A stretch of DNA of 64,000 nt from the NCBI RefSeq assembly GCF_009914755.1, contig NC_060927.1. One strand, written 5' to 3'. Under the pieces are notes generated by a model, which was given only the letters and a program-made list of their open reading frames with translations, did not search any database and was not told the DNA's origin. The position numbers and the translations under genes are program-made. Position 1 is the first letter of the stretch. Each line of letters starts with the position of its first letter. Shown in pieces: positions 58,001-64,000 of this stretch. The stretch comes from the human T2T-CHM13v2.0 reference genome, Homo sapiens.

Positions 58001-60359
58001 AACATTGGTTTTAAGATAATTGCAAATAAAATTTGTTTTTAGTTTAAGGGAAACATTCAAAATTTTTCACAAGAAAACAATTACGTCACTTTTTATTTCA
58101 AATATTCCAGCGAATTTTCTAGAGTTTTCTGGTATATTATGGGTAATGTTTCTATGAAGAATTGTAAAGTGTAATATATGATCTTTTTTTCTGCAGCTTT
58201 TTCATTGAAAACAAATTCACAAAGCATATCTACCTAGATAAGCCTAGTCATCTCTCACTGATACCCACACAAGTTAGGAAATAATTCCTTGTGGTAGGGA
58301 CATTTAAAAGAACTAACTAGTTCCAAATTCAGTGCTGGAACTCTTAATAATGGATAAGCATTCTTTTACATTTGTGTTATCCTTGGTTGCTTCTTTATTA
58401 TACACTAAATACTTGAGATAAGATCAAGAACTCTCCCTAGGGAAACAGAAACAAGAGAAGTGGTTTTCATATACTTAGCAGATTTCCTTTTAATTGCTAA
58501 GATACAATACTCATTCAGAACATTCTAGTCCATTGGATCATACACTAAAAAAAAATAGTTTATCCATGTTGATATATTTTGGTCTAGTTGAAATTGAGAA
58601 ACAACAAGTGAGGTAAAAAATTTCAACATCTTTAAAGAACAAAATTGAACATCAATTTCTAAAAGTTTTATGGTCCTATGAATTGTGATAAAATATGCTT
58701 TGACACGTAAATCAGAAGGCCTAGCTATCATCTAAATGTTCAGTGATTCAAGTTGCTTTCAGATTATCTCACTACTGTTACATAGACCTAGAAAAATCGA
58801 GCCACTGGTCAATAGAGGGTGAAGGAAGAGCATGTCAACTCACCGAAATTCAATGACTCCTCGTAATTGTTTAAATTTTATTTGCCCATAAATTCAATGG
58901 AAAAATGGAAGACTAACACATTTATTTTTCAGCTTTTTGTATGTTTCTAAAACTGCAAGCTAAAGTCCTCACAAAAAGTTCTAACATAGAGAGATAAAAA
59001 AACTATACTCTGCATTTACATGTTTTTCTTAGTGTTTTGCTTGTTAATATCTATGTAACTTTGATGGAAATCCCAGCGTTGCTAGCATCAGATTTGATTT
59101 AATCATCAAAGAGCTTTTGGACAGAAAACAAGTAGATTTGATGTGAGTATGTGACAGAATCAAGAATTCTGCAGCATTTGCAAGCTTTAACTACTCAATG
59201 CTTCTTTAAAACAATTTTTAAATGGGTGTAAAGAAGCTTTTGGTTAAAAATATGGAACTTTATTTTCTTTGTTTAAAGAAAGAAGATTAAGGTTTTTAGT
59301 CAAATCATGATTCTTTAAGCCAATGTGGCACATAGCTGTATTAAAATTGCTATTAAATTCTGCCAAATTAATTAATTGTTAGGATTCTGCAGTCATATTG
59401 GACTACTTCATATATCTGGCCTATAGGAATGATCAAGCTAACACTCTTCGATGACTTTGTTTATATTTTGTTTATTTTAAATTTACTTAGATATGCTGAT
59501 GTTGTAAGAAATTTTGGAAATTGTCAAACAACTGGCATTGTACTAAATTCAAAAATTTCACAGCAAAGAACTAGCTGGTATTAATGATTCATCATTTTTT
59601 TCACTCCCGTGTCATTTAACTTTGGTCACAACACTTTTTTGTGTGGAGATTCAAATTTCTCTCCAACACTGAAATTTTCACGTAATCACTAACAGTGTTC
59701 TGGAATGATAAGTTAATCTAGCATATAATCATGTTGCATACACATGCTGCAGCTATCTGCTTACCCTTAGCATTGTTAAGCACTCTGACAACTGAATGCC
59801 TTAATCTTTAATTATCATTATAATTATTGTCTTCAGCCAGAACTATGGATAACTTAGTGTTTTAGTGTTTTGTCATCATCGAGAGGTAGGAGAGTATACA
59901 CAGCTAATGTGATAGAATGTGTATATTGCAACAAACTTATACATCTTCCAGGATAAGAATACAAATATCCCTCTAATAGGGAAATTATTTTATTTCAGAA
60001 ATAATTGTAATGCCTGTGTTATTTGTCTGATATAATGTGGGAAGCTGTAGACAGAGATGTTTTGAATTCAGTGGAGCTTCTGATTGAAACTCAGATTAAA
60101 AGTAATAGAGAGGTTGTATACCAAAGGTAGGCTAGTAGCTTATCTGAGAGGGAGCAGGTAAATGAGCTGTAAGCAATGAAGGAAGGCTTTACCAAGGAGG
60201 CGCATGGCCCTCCACGAGATTCTACAGGTTAGAGAAATGCACAAAATTAGGATTAAAATGAAAGGTCCAGGGAAATAAGGGCTAAAAGTGGTGTATCTGA
60301 ATCGCATTTTCTGTGACTTACCTTCATAAATATGCAATTCACCACATGAATTGGTGCGT

Positions 60360-60575
60360 GGTACTGGTGTTTGGTTTCTGGGTCTGAGTAAATAGTGTGA
60401 CTATGGCCAAAGCTCTAAACCTCTCTGTGCTTCACAGTTTCTACAGTTAAAGTTGTATAGTAACACTGGTCCCAACTCAACAACTTGCTAGTTGTGTGAC
60501 TTTGGCAACTTAGTTAATTCCTCATTGCTTCAACTTTCTCATTTATGAGGTGGGAATAAGACCTACCTTGCAGGA
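60360..60575 (+). mobile_element. Two adjacent MIR fragments
   Basis: tgtgactatggc..aacctctctgtgcttca.. and tgtgtgactttggcaac..cttcaactttctcatttatga. Confidence 0.7.
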
Positions 60576-62967
60576 TCAAAGCAGAAACAAAGCACTTGAC
60601 ACATGGATATTATTCACTTAAAAGAAACCACTTTTCTTTCACATAAAAAGTTCAGAAAGAGATTTACTTTTCTTACATTTAAGGATCCCCACCTCCATTT
60701 AAGAAAAAAAAATATTTTGGTAATTTGGAATACAGCTCTCCTTCATTGCTATCCCATAATGTTTCTGATGGTTAAAATTGGTGATGCTTGACTCTTTCTG
60801 TGCTATGAAATATTGAAGGCCAAGCCAAGGTAGTAACTAATCTCAGAAGTGTTCATTGCATAAGGAACATGATGCTTAACAAGGCCATAATCTTCTGCCA
60901 GTTTGTAAGGGAAGAAATGGTCTAATTCAGTTGTCTAAAATGTTAACATATGGGTATTATTTCTCTAGAACATTTTAGTTGTGTAATTTCTACCATTTAA
61001 ATGGGGTGAATAAATAACCAAATCATTGAATAGGAAACAACTGGAATGAATCCATGAAGGAAAAACCTAAAATCCTGCACTAGTGGATGGGAGCTGGGAC
61101 TAACAACATATTTGAGGTGACATGAGAGAAACATTTTTCTATTCTGCAACAAAGCAAATGGAGCTTTGGCCTCACCAAGGGGTCCTTGGCACTACCACAG
61201 AAGGCTTCAGCTTCCTGTCTCCAAGCACTGAGTGAGCTGTTTGGACAGGGCCGCTGATCTGGCCTCTGATCCTAAAGTATCTGCATTACTTTTGCTGAAA
61301 TGAGTCAGCACTGTGCCTCTGTGAACATGGCCAGAGGAGGGAAAGACTTCTCTCGTAACTGAGGTTTAAACAATTGGTTCCCCTATCAAAAAATTGAGAG
61401 CCACAGATAGTATTCAACACAGGAGAAGGTGAGTTATACAAAGCAGTAAATCCATCAGATAATTGCATTTTATTTCCTATTATAAAACAGATGTCAGCAT
61501 TCTTCTGGGGAATAGCCTAATCAACTATTTATCCAATAAAATTTATCAGAAGGTGTCAGAGAATAAATTTATATTTCTTTGCTATCCAAATATTTGTTGG
61601 AAAACAAACAAAAACAAGGAAAGTGTAGATATATTTTGTTCCTATATGGATACATATATATTGCTAGAGTCGACATGCTTACGCACAAGTCATTTAACTA
61701 ACTTACGTTAAATACACAAACAAAAGGCCTATTTCCCAGTCCATTTTTCATTGTCCTTAGCAGTTCTTGGCTAGTATAGTGCTTGCATGTGGCAGATATT
61801 TAATCAAAGTTTGTTGAATTAAAAATTGACCTTTCTACTGATACTCAGAATTTAAAACCTACTCTAAATAAGGTTTTAATTGTATTTTTTCCCTGAAGTT
61901 TCAGCTTAAGCAGATTTGATATTCATTTTTTTGAGAGGACAAAAACCTGCCCTTATATGTAGAATTGTAACTGCACTAGCTATTATTTTGGTTCTTACAA
62001 AATAGTTTCTTCCTCAGATCTCAGACAATGACTAGGGATTTTATGGGAATAACAAGGCTCCTAAAAGTTCAATCTGCTTAAACTGACTACAAACATTACT
62101 TTTCCATATAAGTGGGAGGGAATTCATTAACACTCAGTTAATATGGTCTTGGAAGAAAGAATGAGGCAAAAGCACGTTTACAAATATTTCCAAATCATTG
62201 TTACACAGAGCTAAAGGCAACCCATCTTTACTGGATGTGTGCCTTTGGAGAGATTAACCATGGTGAAGGACACCCAGCATGTGCGGAAGGAATTCACTCC
62301 TCCAAAGAACTAAGCAAGTAGGCAGTGCTGAATTAGAAGGCAGGGGTGAGGGACAAAGGGAGAAGAGAATATTAACAAATTGAAGACTTTCAGACCCCCC
62401 TCCTGCTTTAAGCAGAACAGGTGCCACCAAGCTATAGGAAGCTCTTCTCTTCCTGCTACTTTGGAAAAATGATAGGAATAACCAGAGTTAAATAGAAAAT
62501 CATTTAATCCAACTGGACCATTGAGAACTGAATTCACGTTTTACCCGATCTATAAAAATAATCTTGTTTGAAAGGAAGGGGTCCAGATGATTACAAATGA
62601 AATGAGTTTGCTTTCTTAATTTGTTTCCAACATTTTAAGAAATGCTAAGTGTAATGTTGATGGAATGAACTTCCATTCACCCATCCACTTTAAACACACA
62701 CAGACACACAAACAAAAAACAAAACCTTATACCTTAACTTAGAAGAGGAACACGTTATCTTCTCTGAGACTGTGGCAGGCTTTAGGAACATGTAGAAAGC
62801 AATAGATTTTGACACCGTTGATATTCTCATCAGGAAGCCAGCAAAATACATTCGAGAACACATTGTTTCAAAGTAAGGGAACTTCCATGGAAGCCAAGTT
62901 AAGTAGCCAGCTGAGTTCTTGGGTGACGGCTAACAAGGCTTGTCTTTGCATCAGATATCATTACCAT

Positions 62968-63050
62968 CACTCATTTATTCATTCTTATTTTTCAAGTATT
63001 TATTGAAGTTTTCTATGTATTGTGTCTCAGGCTAAATACTTGGGAAAACT
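62968..63050 (-). mobile_element. L2 3' end
   Basis: cactcatttattcattc...aagtatttattgaag..tctatgt. Confidence 0.6.
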
Positions 63051-64000
63051 TGATGTGTAGGATTTTATAGGCACTTGGATGAGATGAATGCATTTTAACT
63101 TTTCTGAACAATGAATTGAGTAATTGAGAGTTTCACAAAAATCCAAAGTGATAGGTAGACAATATCTTGGATGATAAAGTAATATGAATTAATTCCAACA
63201 AATTAGAAAAATCTTTCTTTACCAATAAAGTTAATTAGGTAATCCCTAGAGCGTACACTTTGAGGGTAGAAAAATATTGTTTCCAGAAAACAAACATGGA
63301 AGAGTGAGCACCACTGAGAAGCTTTGGTGGAGAGGAAAGTTCTGTTGGTGGTAATAGGCCACAAAGTAAAACCAACATTTAGGTTGCTCTCCAACAAGAA
63401 AAAACACCATCAACCAAGACAAATGTATATGAAATTAGTATGAGCCAGTCATATTCTCTTTTTCACTCCCATTAAATCATACATTTACTGTATTAGTTAC
63501 TAGGGCTGCAAGTAAATGGTTGAAATTACATTGGGATTGTGAACTGAATCCACAGTTTAAGGTACCTGATCAGAGTAAAGTATAGAAAATACATGAACCA
63601 GCCTACGTATTTAGAATTAAAAATTAGGTTTATCAAAAGACAAGTTATTCTTTGAATTTGTTGTGAGATTCCACATTTGTGTGTTTGAGAAAGGAAACAG
63701 GAAAATTATTTCAGAAAAAAATGATAAAATATTATAAAATCTGTTAATCCTTAATAAATTAAAAATAGTGCCTGTGATCAGAGGAAGATGAAATTTAAAT
63801 GGTTCTGTAGGAAAACCACAGAGGAATAAAAGATTTGATCTGTAGGTCATCTGAAGGATAATCTTTTTTTAAAGAAAAAGATGCATTATTTTTTCATTGG
63901 CAGCAAAAACAATTTAGATATTTGGAGGCAGAGAGATGTCTGGAGAAATATATATTGCCTCTGACCTGCCTCTTGTTCAAATACCTTGCTCTGAAATACT

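Overview
Primate (human-like) AT-rich genomic DNA with no intact protein-coding sequence. Positions 1 to ~47.5 kb are intergenic and dense in repeats: L1PA4/PA8/PA15/PA16/PB and old L1M LINEs, seven Alu-family elements, MaLR/ERVL LTRs, MER53, MER1B, MIR/L2 and microsatellites. At ~51.7-52.9 kb there is a CpG-island promoter of a + strand gene, with non-coding 5' exons ending at splice donors 53076 and 55089, followed by a repeat-poor first intron. I recognise the 55.0-55.09 kb exon from memory as a 5'UTR exon of ARPP21; this needs BLAST confirmation. All long ORFs in the track are L1/Alu debris or GC-rich chance ORFs. I cannot support a new multi-gene system. Best leads: (i) two pairs of independently inserted L1s that share derived and even inactivating changes, suggesting local ectopic gene conversion; (ii) all three TSD-bounded younger (PA4-PA8) L1s are twin-priming inversions, one with only a 28-bp inverted piece; (iii) alternative 5' exons with opposite uAUG content, each with AATAAA just upstream of its donor; (iv) a MER53 hairpin with a paired change; (v) a possible very old non-L1 RT fossil. 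Subfamily names and consensus comparisons are from memory, and boundaries of old repeats are approximate.
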